DNA of 63,494 bases, counting the filler, from Craspedostauros australis (Eukaryota): assembly GCA_030167865.1 (NCBI GenBank). It is 8 parts of 8 records of this genome, joined end to end, with 100 filler letters (N's around TTAATTAATTAA, not from the genome) between each part and the next. Parts side by side here need not be neighbours in the genome. Positions count along the whole stretch, not along the records: positions 1 to 6,098 come from JALAGF010005328.1; positions 6,199 to 14,142 come from JALAGF010005329.1; 6 more parts are not named here. One strand, given 5' to 3'. A program made the translations under genes and the position numbers. The notes beneath the pieces were generated by a model. It saw only the letters and a program-made list of their open reading frames with translations, made no database searches and had not been told where the DNA came from. Every line of letters begins with the position of its first letter. Positions within the stretch are counted from its first letter, which is position 1. Positions 1 to 10,964 of this stretch are shown here, piece after piece.

Positions 1-515
1 ATATCATCTGACAGACTACTGCATCACCAATGGAACGTGACATCTGGAGAGCAGAAGGACGCCTACTGACGTCGACAGGATGTCTTCATGTCACCACGTC
101 GACATCTGTCTCCAAGTCAGAGCAGGAGGCGAAGATCCGATGACCCATGAAGATCATGGATACTGAAGGTGAACTTCAAATGGTAAGTACTCATGGAGTA
201 GGAACCAGTACTGAACGAACGGAGTGTCGAATGCGGAGTACGCATCGAGCACGGAGTATCGTGTGGGACGAGCACACGATGTTGAGAGAGAGAGAGAGAG
301 AGAGAATGCAGAGAAGAGCGAGAGAGCATCTCGCGTACCGACTCATAGTCGGAGACTGAATCTACGAAACAGATTGAAGCACCGAGAGCATCGGGCAAGA
401 CAACGGCGTACACCGAGAGGATCGGAGTAGCCAACTAATGAAATAGCAAACGAACGACTATCAACCAACACCATCTTTCACGATCGTAGGTTACCGTGAG
501 CGGAACTTACCAACA
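1..515 (+). repeat. 3' part of the 5' LTR of element A
   Basis: Near-identical to the reverse complements of 54567-55056 and 55084-55602; similarity stops exactly at the CA at 515; contains a (GA)n tract. Confidence 0.9.
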
Positions 516-597
516 CGTTTATAAACGATAGATCAGGGCGAGCCCGCGGATCGGATTGTGCGAGGAAGACGAACATCATTCAAGAGCAGCAGACTGA

Positions 598-3500
598 ATG
601 AGCGAGGAAGAGGAATTGAAAGACATCCCTCTGTCCCAACTGGCTATCAAGCAAGAAGAAGGTGCGAGTGAGACTCCACCACGAGAAGAGAAGAAAGTAG
701 CCGCAGCTACTGTCCTATCAGGCGCAGACGCAAGCGCGATCGACGAGACCGAAGAAGAACGGTCTGCAAGACGACATCGCGAGGAGAAGAGCATTCTCAA
801 GGCGAACAAGCAAGAGGAGACTGGTGTGACGGAGAGCATTCGCACAGCCAAACAGAGTGGGAAAAGTGAGACACCACCAGGAGGAGAATTTGTGACGAAA
901 ACAATCTCCGCGCAACTACGAGCGAAAATCGAAGAATCGACAACAACGAAACAAACGGAAATCAAGGGCGCGAGCGCACCAACAACGAATCAACGAATCA
1001 ACATGGCGACATCAGCCAACGTGAACAAGCGACGCATCAAGGCGCCAATGTTCAGCGGTGAACAAGAAGACTACAGCGCATGGGAGTCCCAAGCGAAGGC
1101 ATACGCTTGTGCACAGAAGACGAGAGACGTGATGTTGGGCAACACCAAGGTGCCAACAGTGAGCGAGATCGCGGCAGCCGCCGGTGAAGCCAAGGNNNNN
1201 NNNNNNNNNNNNNNNNNNNNNNNNNNNNNNNNNNNNNNNNNNNNNCATGATGGATGCAGAGAAAGGAAAAGGCAAGCAGGCCATCCAGTACATCAACCAA
1301 TGCGTCTCCGACGACTACCCCGAAGGAGACGCACACGCAGCGTGGAACGTTCTCGCGGAGAAGTTCCGACCATCCAACGCGGCGACGAAGATCAAACTCA
1401 AGCGCCAATTCAACAACGAAAAGATGAAGAGAGACTCGGACCCCGACATCTACATCACGCGACTCGAAGGTTTACGACCGCGTCTCCACGATGTCAAGTA
1501 CGAGATCACGGACGAGGAAATGATCATGCAAATCCTCAGCACGGTGAGCGTGGAATACAGAACTCACATCGTGAACTTCCAACACCAACTCACGTTCAAT
1601 CCGGAACTGATTACCATCAACGCAATCAGAGGAGTACTCCGCACTGCATACGCCACTCACAGAGGAGGCAAGGCGTACGTCGACGACTTCCAAGATAGCA
1701 ACACGAAGAGCAACGACACCGGCTTCACGAGCACCGGTAACTTCAAGGGTACTTGTCACAACTGTGGCGTGTATGGTCATAGATCCGCCGATTGTCCAGA
1801 ACGCAAGAAATCGAACAACAACAACAACAACAACAAGATGAACGGAAAGCGAAACAAAGGAAGCGGCTTCAAGGGCAAGTGCAACTACTGTGGCATCTTT
1901 GGACACCGCGAGGCGGAGTGCCGAAAGAAGAAGTTCAACAAGAACAAGAAGGCCAACGAACAAGCCAACACGGCTACGGAAGGACACGACAAGAGCGGGC
2001 ACGAGATGGTACTCTCGGCAAAGGACTTGCCACTCTGCATGTTGGTGTCTGACGACTACATCGAAGACTCCTTCTTCGATAACTTCGAGTGCGTCGGGAG
2101 TGACGACGAAGTACAGGACGATGAGATTGTCCCGGAATGGCTCAGCGAGGAGCCAATCATCCACGAGGTGGATTCAAGACGCGAAGTGAGCTACGAATGC
2201 TGCTTCAACGCGCACGACCTGATCGGTTCATACGGCGACGAAGCTGAGATGGACGACGAGGCCAACGATAGCGACATCGAAGAGGCCATGAGTGATGACG
2301 ACGACGACACCAACGAGGACGGCGCAGATGAAGACGACGAAACGAACCGCGGCGCGGCGCCGCCTCCTCCAGCGGCAGGGAACAACAGATCGGGCATCTT
2401 CGACGAGGATGACAGCGACAAATCCGAAGACGGCAATCATCCAGACGACAGCTTTAATCCGAACGAGCGCGTCGTCTATCCAAGAGACATCGACTTCCCA
2501 CCGATTGACAATCCCAATGAGTCCAACTTCCTCCATCGTCATGACACCGTCCCATATGCAACAGAAACAGCATTGGTGTTCCAGAAGCAACTCATCTTCG
2601 ATGCCATAATGGAAGCAGGAATGAACCTCTTCCCAGGACACGTACAAGGAGTGCTCAGACCGATATGGGTGAACATGATGGGATCCATCCTATCCGAGAA
2701 CTTCAGATCAATCGAAGAGATTCTCACCAACTCGGTCGTCATCAACCGACTGTTGGAAGCGGAAAACACGGAGACGATCCCAGAAACGGATCTGCACTAC
2801 ATCCTGGGAGGATGCATGCGTGTGCTCTTGCGAGAGCGATCACGCGTCCACCCATACGATCCAGCCACAGGATCACATCGGAGCAACACGATCCCATCGG
2901 ACTACGCACAACTACCCAACAACATGGACGACGACGAAGATCACAATCCATACAACGAAGATGGAGTTCACGAAGACGACGATGACGACAGCTTCGACGA
3001 CGAGATAGCTGCAGCAGCCGTGGAGCAGCTCCACGAACTGAGCACTAGATACAAGGACAAGGTCAACAAGAACACCTGGCTCGCCGACAGCGGAGCTTCG
3101 TGTCACATTGTCAATTCAGACGCCGCTCTATTCAACGTGCGGCACATCAAGTCCTTCGTCCAAGTGGGAGACAGCACGAAGCTGGACTCTCCCAAGATGG
3201 GATCCATTCGCTTGAAGGTCAAGCAACGAGACAACACTGGCCACATCATTCAGCTTGATGATGTGAAGTCCACACCAAAAATGGCGGTGAACCTTTTATC
3301 TATGAACAAGGCTCTGTACAACGGTTACCAGCTTGGTAGCAACGGCATTCTGATGGACATCATCAACGGATCCGGAACGAAGATCGTGTTCGATCGAGTC
3401 TTCCCCACATCCAACGGATTCATCACGGGAGTGCAGATGCATCCCATCATGCCAACTGAGGACGACAAGGCTTCCACAGCCATCGTCAAGAGTCCATCCA

Positions 3501-6098
3501 AGGAGATCAGCGCGGTGAGCCTGCATCGAATGCTCGGCCACGCGCCACTCGAGACCATGAAGCGGACGGCCGCTCAATATGGATGGAAGATCATCGGCGA
3601 GATGCTGGTATGTCGCGACTGTGCGGTCGCGAATGCGAGAGTGAAGAACATCTCGAAGGCAACGATCCCGAGAGCAACTCGCCGTGGCGAACGTCTCTTC
3701 ATTGACATTAGTTACACTAAACACATAAGCTTCGGAGATAAATGGTACTGGACCTTGATCGTGGACGACTGCACTGATCACTGCTGGAGTTTCTTTCTCA
3801 AGAACAAAAGTGACCAACCAGGATACATCAAACGATTCGTCCAGACGATCAAATCACAGACTGGTGATCAACAAATCATCTTCCGAGGAGACAACAGCAG
3901 AGAGAACAAGTTCACGCAGGATACTCTCATCGATGCAGGACTCAATGTGAAATTCGAATTCACGGCATCGAACACACCGCAACAGAACGGTAGAGTAGAA
4001 CGCAAGTTCGCGTACCTCTACACCAAGATCCGCTCCATGCTCAATGGAGCAGAACTCGACGAAGAGTATAGGCATGGCCTGTGGGCAGCAGCTGCTAGCA
4101 CTGCCACCGCCATCGCCAACATCACCGTAGCGAAGAATCAGAAGGAGTCACCACATCGAAAATTCTTCGGCAGCGATCCACCATACGCGGATGCACTCCG
4201 CACTTTCGGAGAGGTGGGTGTTGTGAAGACTACCTACGGCGGGATCACCGCTAAACTCAAGAATAGAGGAGAAGAGATGGTGTTCATCGGATATACACAC
4301 CAACATGCATCAGGGGTCTACAACATGTACAGACCATCGACCAAGTCACTCATCTGCTCACGCGACATCAAGTGGCTCANNNNNNNNNNNNNNNNNNNNN
4401 NNNNNNNNNNNNNNNNNNNNNNNNNNNNNCACGGCATCGAACACACCGCAACAGAACGGTAGAGTAGAACGCAAGTTCGCGTACCTCTACACCAAGATCC
4501 GCTCCATGCTCAATGGAGCAGAACTCGACGAAGAGTATAGGCATGGCCTGTGGGCAGCAGCTGCTAGCACTGCCACCGCCATCGCCAACATCACCGTAGC
4601 GAAGAATCAGAAGGAGTCACCACATCGAAAATTCTTCGGCAGCGATCCACCATACGCGGATGCACTCCGCACTTTCGGAGAGGTGGGTGTTGTGAAGACT
4701 ACCTACGGCGGGATCACCGCTAAACTCAAGAATAGAGGAGAAGAGATGGTGTTCATCGGATATACACACCAACATGCATCAGGGGTCTACAACATGTACA
4801 GACCATCGACCAAGTCACTCATCTGCTCACGCGACATCAAGTGGCTCAACCAATCATACGGACAGTTCCGTGGCTGGGCACCAGCACCGAACATATCCAA
4901 CAAAGCAGGAACGACAGATGCAGAAGGCTTCACAACCATCGGACGGAAGGGAACAACACCGAAGACGGCAACGCATCGAACATCAGAAGCGAAGAGAGTA
5001 TCTTTCGCTGACAGCAACAGCTACTACATCCTATCGGATAGCGACGATGAGGATGATGAGGAGGATGGAATAGTAACTCAATCAGTCCATGACGACGAGG
5101 AAGATCGGAGCGAATCCAATCATGAGGATGACGAGATCACACCATCCAGCGACGAAGCCGACGATGACACAGGCGTTACTCCTCCGAACACACCAGCGAG
5201 GTCTACACATGAGATACCATCCAGACCTCCGCCAAGCAAACCAAACAAGCGTGACGTGGCTAGAAAGGAGAGAATCCGACGTCACGAAGCACGAGGCAGG
5301 AAGGGAGAAGCTAATCCCAAGCCAACTACAGGGAAGAGCATTCCTAGAGCTCTGCGTGAGCTCGCAGACTTCAATGAACGAGGACAAAAGGAGGAAGGAT
5401 ATGAGAGCAAGTCATCATCCAATGAAGACAGTGACGAACTGAGTGATGAGATAACTGATGAATCCAACAACGAAACCACAGATGACGAAGCCATTGCAGA
5501 TGAAGACGAAGAAATCGAGATCACTCATCACAACACAACAGGACTATACGGGATGAATGCAATCATCACCGAGTCACCAGCGATCGACATCGGACTGTCG
5601 ATGCAGGACGAGAACAAGGAACAAGAGAAGCACATCGAACCAACAACATTTGATGGAGCCTTCAATCACCCAGATCCCATCCATCGAAAGGGATATCGAG
5701 CAGCCATCAAGAAGGAGTTTGATTCCATGGATACACGCAAGGTGTACAGCAAGATCAAACGAGACGCCATCCCACACGGCCGCAGATGCTGCAAATGCAA
5801 ATGGGTCTTCAAGTTGAAACGCGACGGCACACATCGAGCACGACTCGTTGCATGTGGCTATTCACAAATCGCAGGAGTGGACTTCCAAGAGCACTACTCA
5901 CCCGTCATCCATGACGTGACCTATCGAGTCATGATGGTGATCATGCTGATCAAGAAGATGGACTGCGCACTTGTCGATGTCGTAACGGCATTCCTACACG
6001 GAGACCTCGACGAAGAGATCTACATGAACTGTCCCAATGGGATGGATCATCAAGCAGACGAAGCCCTGACCCTACATAAGCCAATCTACGGACTTGTG
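598..6098 (+). CDS. Gag-Pol polyprotein of element A (interrupted by N gaps, 3' truncated; alternative start MATSAN at 1003)
   Basis: CHNCGVYGHRSADC and CNYCGIFGHREAEC knuckles; protease WLADSGASCH; LHRMLGH..CRDC; integrase LFIDI/RGDN/QNGRVER; RT CKWVFKLK, RARLVACGYSQ, DVVTAFLHG. Confidence 0.92.
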
Positions 6099-6142
6099 NN
6101 NNNNNNNNNNNNNNNNNNNNNNNNNNNNNNNNNNNNNNNNNN

Positions 6143-6154
6143 TTAATTAATTAA
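6143..6154. other. Artificial contig spacer TTAATTAATTAA within Ns (also 14187-14198, 37654-37665, 43118-43129, 46842-46853, 57696-57707, 61455-61466)
   Basis: Identical palindromic 12-mer with stops in all six frames, centred in N runs seven times. Confidence 0.97.
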
Positions 6155-6198
6155 NNNNNNNNNNNNNNNNNNNNNNNNNNNNNNNNNNNNNNNNNNNN

Positions 6199-6705
6199 CT
6201 GTAGGTACCTCTCCTTCGGTCTCCTGTCACTTCACTGGTCCCACTTCATTTCAGTTCCTCCCTCCGGTCATCTCGATGGTTGGGTTGCCTTTGGATGTTT
6301 GGAACTTATTGTCATCTGGATCGTGGTCTTGGGTGAATAGGGATCGCCTCTGTTTCGCTTTCTCACATTAGGTTCTCAGNNNNNNNNNNNNNNNNNNNNN
6401 NNNNNNNNNNNNNNNNNNNNNNNNNNNNNNNNNNNNNNNNNNNNNNNNNNNNNNNNNNNNNNNNNNNNNNNNNNNNNNNNNNNNNNNNNNNNNNNNNNNN
6501 NNNNNNNNNNNNNNNNNNNNNNNNNNNNNNNNNNNNNNNNNNNNNNNNNNNNNNNNNNNNNNNNNNNNNNNNNNNNNNNNNNNTTGCGGTTTGTCTGGTA
6601 GATGCTATTGGGGGTTGCGGCAATCATGGGTATCTTTGCACTTAATACCATTCCGGTTCCAGTCAGTTCTCATGGGATCTGCGGTAGAATAGGGTATCTT
6701 TGCAA
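6199..6705. repeat. Dispersed repeat matching 56054-56553 (probably U3 part of the family-A LTR), interrupted by element B
   Basis: Direct similarity across both sides of the internal gap up to ...GGTATCTTTGCAA, where element B sequence starts. Confidence 0.8.
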
Positions 6706-6786
6706 GTTACGACACACGTGAAACTGATTTAGAGTGAAAAAGAGTAAAGATGCAGATTATGAGTCTTATCGATGTCGTATACGTCA
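6706..6786 (-). repeat. Visible end of the 3' LTR of element B
   Basis: Identical to 14085-14142 over the shared length; remainder in an N gap. Confidence 0.85.
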
Positions 6787-7061
6787 NNNNNNNNNNNNNN
6801 NNNNNNNNNNNNNNNNNNNNNNNNNNNNNNNNNNNNNNNNNNNNNNNNNNNNNNNNNNNNNNNNNNNNNNNNNNNNNNNNNNNNNNNNNNNNNNNNNNNN
6901 NNNNNNNNNNNNNNNNNNNNNNNNNNNNNNNNNNNNNNNNNNNNNNNNNNNNNNNNNNNNGCTGCATGCCCCACATGTGGACACCACAGGGCGCTCATCC
7001 CACCAGTCATGAGCAGAGCCCATGACTGACCACCCATGGGTACTGTTGCGCAGTGCCGAGG

Positions 7062-10000
7062 TCAGAAGAGGACCCGTTGTGCTTGTTCTTTTCGTCTCGG
7101 TCCTTGTTGTTGCTTCGTGAGCATGTCGGATAGATTGGTTTCCGATGGTTCATGTTGGACCACCAAGATACCTGCGGCAATGCTTTCTCGGACGAAGTGG
7201 TATGCGATGGCATTGGCTTTCTTCCGCAGTTGTGATTCTGGTAGTGAGGAGTTGTATACCACACTCTGATTGTCGACCCGTACGTCCGCCGGGCCATCCA
7301 GTGGAATGCCCATCATGCGGAGCTTGTATCTCATACCAATGATGATCTCGGTTGCGACTTTGAGCGCCGTGAACTCGCTGCCGAATGTGGATGTCTCAAT
7401 GCTGTTCTGTTTCTTGCTGTACCATAGTATCGGTGATGTATTCANGAATAAAAGCACACCAGTGCGTGAGCGTCGCGTGACGCGGTCACCTGCATGATCA
7501 GCATCAACAAAGCACGTCATTTGAACCTCCTTTCCGCGTGGCGGTGGCATGTCAGCAGGCAGTTGCTCATGAGCGTCAGGGTAGAAATCGTTCCAGTTGG
7601 GTTGCATCACAGGCGGTTTGTCAATGTATGCATCATCAAAAACAAGGCGAGAACGATCGTGAGATTTGAGGTATGCGAACATATGAAAGAGAGCATGCAA
7701 GTGACCAATTCGTGGCGCAACACAGTACGATGCCATCATCGAGGTCTCGCAGCAAATGTCGATTCGTCCAAGCTCCACAGTCCAGCGCAGTATACCAATG
7801 AGTTGCTGATAGAAGGTTGTTTGCTCGGGGTCACACAGTTGGGATCCGTCCAATTCCGGTCGGTACTTGTTCGGTAGAACGCTGGGTGCTTTTGTCTTGA
7901 GTCGTAGGTTGTGGTCGTTGAGGTATTTGGTGACGATCTTGATAGCGGATTTGATGTATTCTTGTGAGCCCATGCTCCATTTGGGACGTGACGGATCGGC
8001 AGTGAGGTGAAATTGTGAGATGGTCGATCCAAGGTATGTTGTTGGGGAGCCAATGGAACTCGGTTTGAGGAAGAAGTGTGAGTCAATCGCATCAAGGATG
8101 CGTCGTGGTTGTTTGGATACAGCCAGGATGTCGTCGGTGTACACGAGCACGTATTCGTAATACTCTGACCCATCGCTCGCAACAGCAGGCTTCATCCAGA
8201 CGTCGCTGTTGGCACGGCAAGATGTGAATCCCAACGAATCGCGCAGTGTCTCTGCTAAGTGTGCTCTCCATGCTGCTCCACTCGACTTCAATCCGTATAG
8301 GGCCCGACAAATGATTGCGATCTTCCCCTGGTCGGATCCGAATTCCGGACCGCATCGTGTGTATATGCGTTCCCGACATGGAGCATTGAGGTAAGCGTTC
8401 TGGACATCCGCAGCGAGGATATCCAGGTCGTTGAGTGCGGCGATCAAAAACGCAATGCGCACGCTTTCGCGTGACACCACACTCGCGTTTGTGATTGTTG
8501 CAGGTGTCTCCGTCATGTGTCCCCCAGCGACAAGTCGCGCCTTCCTTGTGAGGTCCACCTTGACGGCGAATATCATGTGGCATTCCATGTATTGGTAGCC
8601 CACGGGATCAGGAGTGTCCAGTTCCTTGATGTCGAATGCAGGTCGCACGGCTTTCATTTCTTTCGCGATGGCTTGTCGCCACAGATCCGTGCCTGTAGCT
8701 GCATCAATCGCAAGCGCATGACGCACTGAGGTAGGGAGCTCCACGCCAAACATCTCGTTCTTTCGGACATGTCGTCGCTTCGTTGTCATGATGATGCGTT
8801 GTCGTTTGCGCAGGGTGTGTGGCACCCACCACTTGAACGCGGGTTCATTGATGAGTTTATTGTCTGCAGCATATTCGGCAACGCGTACGGGATCGGCTTC
8901 TTTTGCGTCGCGGAGGTGGATCCAGGATGTGGATCCGTCCTTCCATCGGATGCAAAGCTTCCAGCCTTTTGTGGATTTGGAACGAGGAGAAGGAGAAGAA
9001 ACAGATGGCAAGCGTTTGTGGTCGATGATTTCGTCCATCAGCACAGTCGTGTATCCATCGTCATCGATGCGCGCGTAGATGTTCTCCGCAATTTGGTTGG
9101 CACTGAACACCTCGTGATGTCCATCAAGGAATTCGACTTCGTATTGGGCGGTGTCAAGCATAGGATTCGGATGAGAGCGGCCGATGAGGTTGCCTTCTGT
9201 GTCTCGTTTGCGTTGTTTGACTGTTCCATGTTGCATTTCGTCCCCTGTCGGTAGAATGACTTTGGTTGCGATATATTTGTCGAAGGTTGCACTGTCAACA
9301 TCGTCTGGTTCCATGATTTGTTCCAATGGTTCGGTGTTCTGTAGTATGGCGATGTCTTCTGCAGTATCATCAACGTCGTCGCCATCGTCGTCAATTGTGA
9401 TGCCCTCCATTCGTTGCTTCCATTTGGATCGAAGTGTATCCATGAATTCATTGCATTTGTGTGTGATGATGTCGCTATGTGTATCGTCGTGAGAGAGAGG
9501 TAAAACAGATGATTTGGAGACAACAATGCCGTTGGCAGTGAGGATGTACGTGCACATAGCATCACCAACTGAGCGGCTTGGCCCGAGATAGCGTCCAAGT
9601 TGTTTGACGTTCATTGATGCGTCCTGGATATTGATATACCACACAAAGTCAAACCAACCGAATTCAGCAATGTGGGAGATGTCAGCAGTGTCACTGGACA
9701 AGATGGTGGCCGGTGTCTCGCCGTGAAGATCATGAATGGCGAGTGCAGTGTGACTGCGTATCTCGGCACAGTACTCGAAGCAGTAGTCCCACAAGTATTC
9801 TGGTGTATCGGTCGATGTCATCAGCCGTCGATAGTGGCGCCGAAGTTCACGGATGGTTGCTTCTGCTTTGTTCTGATTGTGGATGTATGCTTCGATCGGT
9901 CGGATGGAAACTTGTGCTTTGTGTAGTTTGCGACGGAATTCGCCAGCGACGAGCTCCTTGGCATTGTCAGGAATGATGGTATGTGGGATGCCGTGATCAC

Positions 10001-10964
10001 GAAACAGTTCATCGAGTGTGCGATGCGCTTCCTTGCGTTCCGCCATTGGGTACACCCGGACCCAGTGAAACGGTGTACAGTAGATCATGGCGCATTTGTT
10101 GCCACGAACCGACTTGGTCTTTGCGTGCATAGTGTCGGCGTAGAGTTGGGTGTTGAGCCGACGATATCGTAGTTGCATGGCGTAAGGATTGAGACGGCGT
10201 GTTCCTGATGAGTGACGAAAGTCACGAATGGCTAATTGAGTTGTTGCGTCCAGGGTACGTGCAGCGGCTTCCGTTCCGATGCGCCAGCGTTGTGCGAGGA
10301 CATCGGGTGTGATAGTCCCCTTTCGATTGGATGTATGCGTGCCTTGGATACTGATGGACGATATGGTTCGTTGTGATGAGAGAGACGCTCGGATGGCGTC
10401 TTCGTCGTCCCCTGACGACCACTGGGAGGGGTCCCATGTGGCCTCTTGTGTCATCATGACATGGATGCAGTCGCGATCGGATTGGACTTCTTGTTGTGTT
10501 GGCTTCCTCATGTGGAAGTAGGATACAGTGCCTTGCAATCGTAGGGGGATGTGTAGGTCGTCGTCGGATGAGACCACAGAGTGGTCTTCCGGCTTCCGTT
10601 CGTGCTCCTTGATCATGAGCAGAGGAACATCATTCACGACTATACCCGCAGCCCTCATTTGGTTNGGGCACAANANAGGATGTTCAAGACGAGGAAAGTA
10701 GATCGATTGTGGAAAGAAAAGAATGAATGTTTGATATGTAATTGGATCATCGTATGCTATCGCAGCTGTGACGATTGGTGCATTATCGATGGACCCAAGT
10801 GAGTCAATAAAAGGAGTTGCAGTGACGGTTTGATCGGTCTGATGTACAATGTACGCAGTGTCACCAAAACAACATGTATCCGCGTGTGAATCGAGCTCTG
10901 CCCGTGAGGTATCAGACGGCAGAGACATGCTGATGGATGTGAGCCGCCGAGTGCGACCTTGTGG
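7062..10964 (-). CDS. Pol of element B (PR-INT-chromo-like-RT-RNase H), in frame with gag
   Basis: ELDSHADTCC protease; YADT/PDNAKE/QNKAEATIRE integrase; RKARLVAGGH, DVQNAYL, ALYGLKSSG, YTDD RT; VDADHAG, STFGSEF, DNQSV, DMLTK RNase H; about 1300 codons with no stop. Confidence 0.95.
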   Translation of the reverse strand, partial: PQGRTRRLTSISMSLPSDTSRAELDSHADTCCFGDTAYIVHQTDQTVTATPFIDSLGSIDNAPIVTAAIAYDDPITYQTFILFFPQSIYFPRLEHPXLCXNQMRAAGIVVNDVPLLMIKEHERKPEDHSVVSSDDDLHIPLRLQGTVSYFHMRKPTQQEVQSDRDCIHVMMTQEATWDPSQWSSGDDEDAIRASLSSQRTISSISIQGTHTSNRKGTITPDVLAQRWRIGTEAAARTLDATTQLAIRDFRHSSGTRRLNPYAMQLRYRRLNTQLYADTMHAKTKSVRGNKCAMIYCTPFHWVRVYPMAERKEAHRTLDELFRDHGIPHTIIPDNAKELVAGEFRRKLHKAQVSIRPIEAYIHNQNKAEATIRELRRHYRRLMTSTDTPEYLWDYCFEYCAEIRSHTALAIHDLHGETPATILSSDTADISHIAEFGWFDFVWYINIQDASMNVKQLGRYLGPSRSVGDAMCTYILTANGIVVSKSSVLPLSHDDTHSDIITHKCNEFMDTLRSKWKQRMEGITIDDDGDDVDDTAEDIAILQNTEPLEQIMEPDDVDSATFDKYIATKVILPTGDEMQHGTVKQRKRDTEGNLIGRSHPNPMLDTAQYEVEFLDGHHEVFSANQIAENIYARIDDDGYTTVLMDEIIDHKRLPSVSSPSPRSKSTKGWKLCIRWKDGSTSWIHLRDAKEADPVRVAEYAADNKLINEPAFKWWVPHTLRKRQRIIMTTKRRHVRKNEMFGVELPTSVRHALAIDAATGTDLWRQAIAKEMKAVRPAFDIKELDTPDPVGYQYMECHMIFAVKVDLTRKARLVAGGHMTETPATITNASVVSRESVRIAFLIAALNDLDILAADVQNAYLNAPCRERIYTRCGPEFGSDQGKIAIICRALYGLKSSGAAWRAHLAETLRDSLGFTSCRANSDVWMKPAVASDGSEYYEYVLVYTDDILAVSKQPRRILDAIDSHFFLKPSSIGSPTTYLGSTISQFHLTADPSRPKWSMGSQEYIKSAIKIVTKYLNDHNLRLKTKAPSVLPNKYRPELDGSQLCDPEQTTFYQQLIGILRWTVELGRIDICCETSMMASYCVAPRIGHLHALFHMFAYLKSHDRSRLVFDDAYIDKPPVMQPNWNDFYPDAHEQLPADMPPPRGKEVQMTCFVDADHAGDRVTRRSRTGVLLFXNTSPILWYSKKQNSIETSTFGSEFTALKVATEIIIGMRYKLRMMGIPLDGPADVRVDNQSVVYNSSLPESQLRKKANAIAYHFVRESIAAGILVVQHEPSETNLSDMLTKQQQGPRRKEQAQRVLF

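Larger units (their letters stand above)
1..6098 (+). mobile_element. Ty1/copia LTR retrotransposon A (CoDi-II-like); 5' LTR start and RT/RNase H end lie outside the contig
   Basis: LTR ending ...CTTACCAACA at 515, then gag (two CCHC knuckles)-PR-INT-RT in copia order, cut by the contig end. Confidence 0.93.

Noticed and set aside
3961..4848. Apparent tandem duplication in integrase (3961-4379 and 4430-4848)
   Set aside because: Identical copies flanking a 50-N gap: unmerged contig overlap
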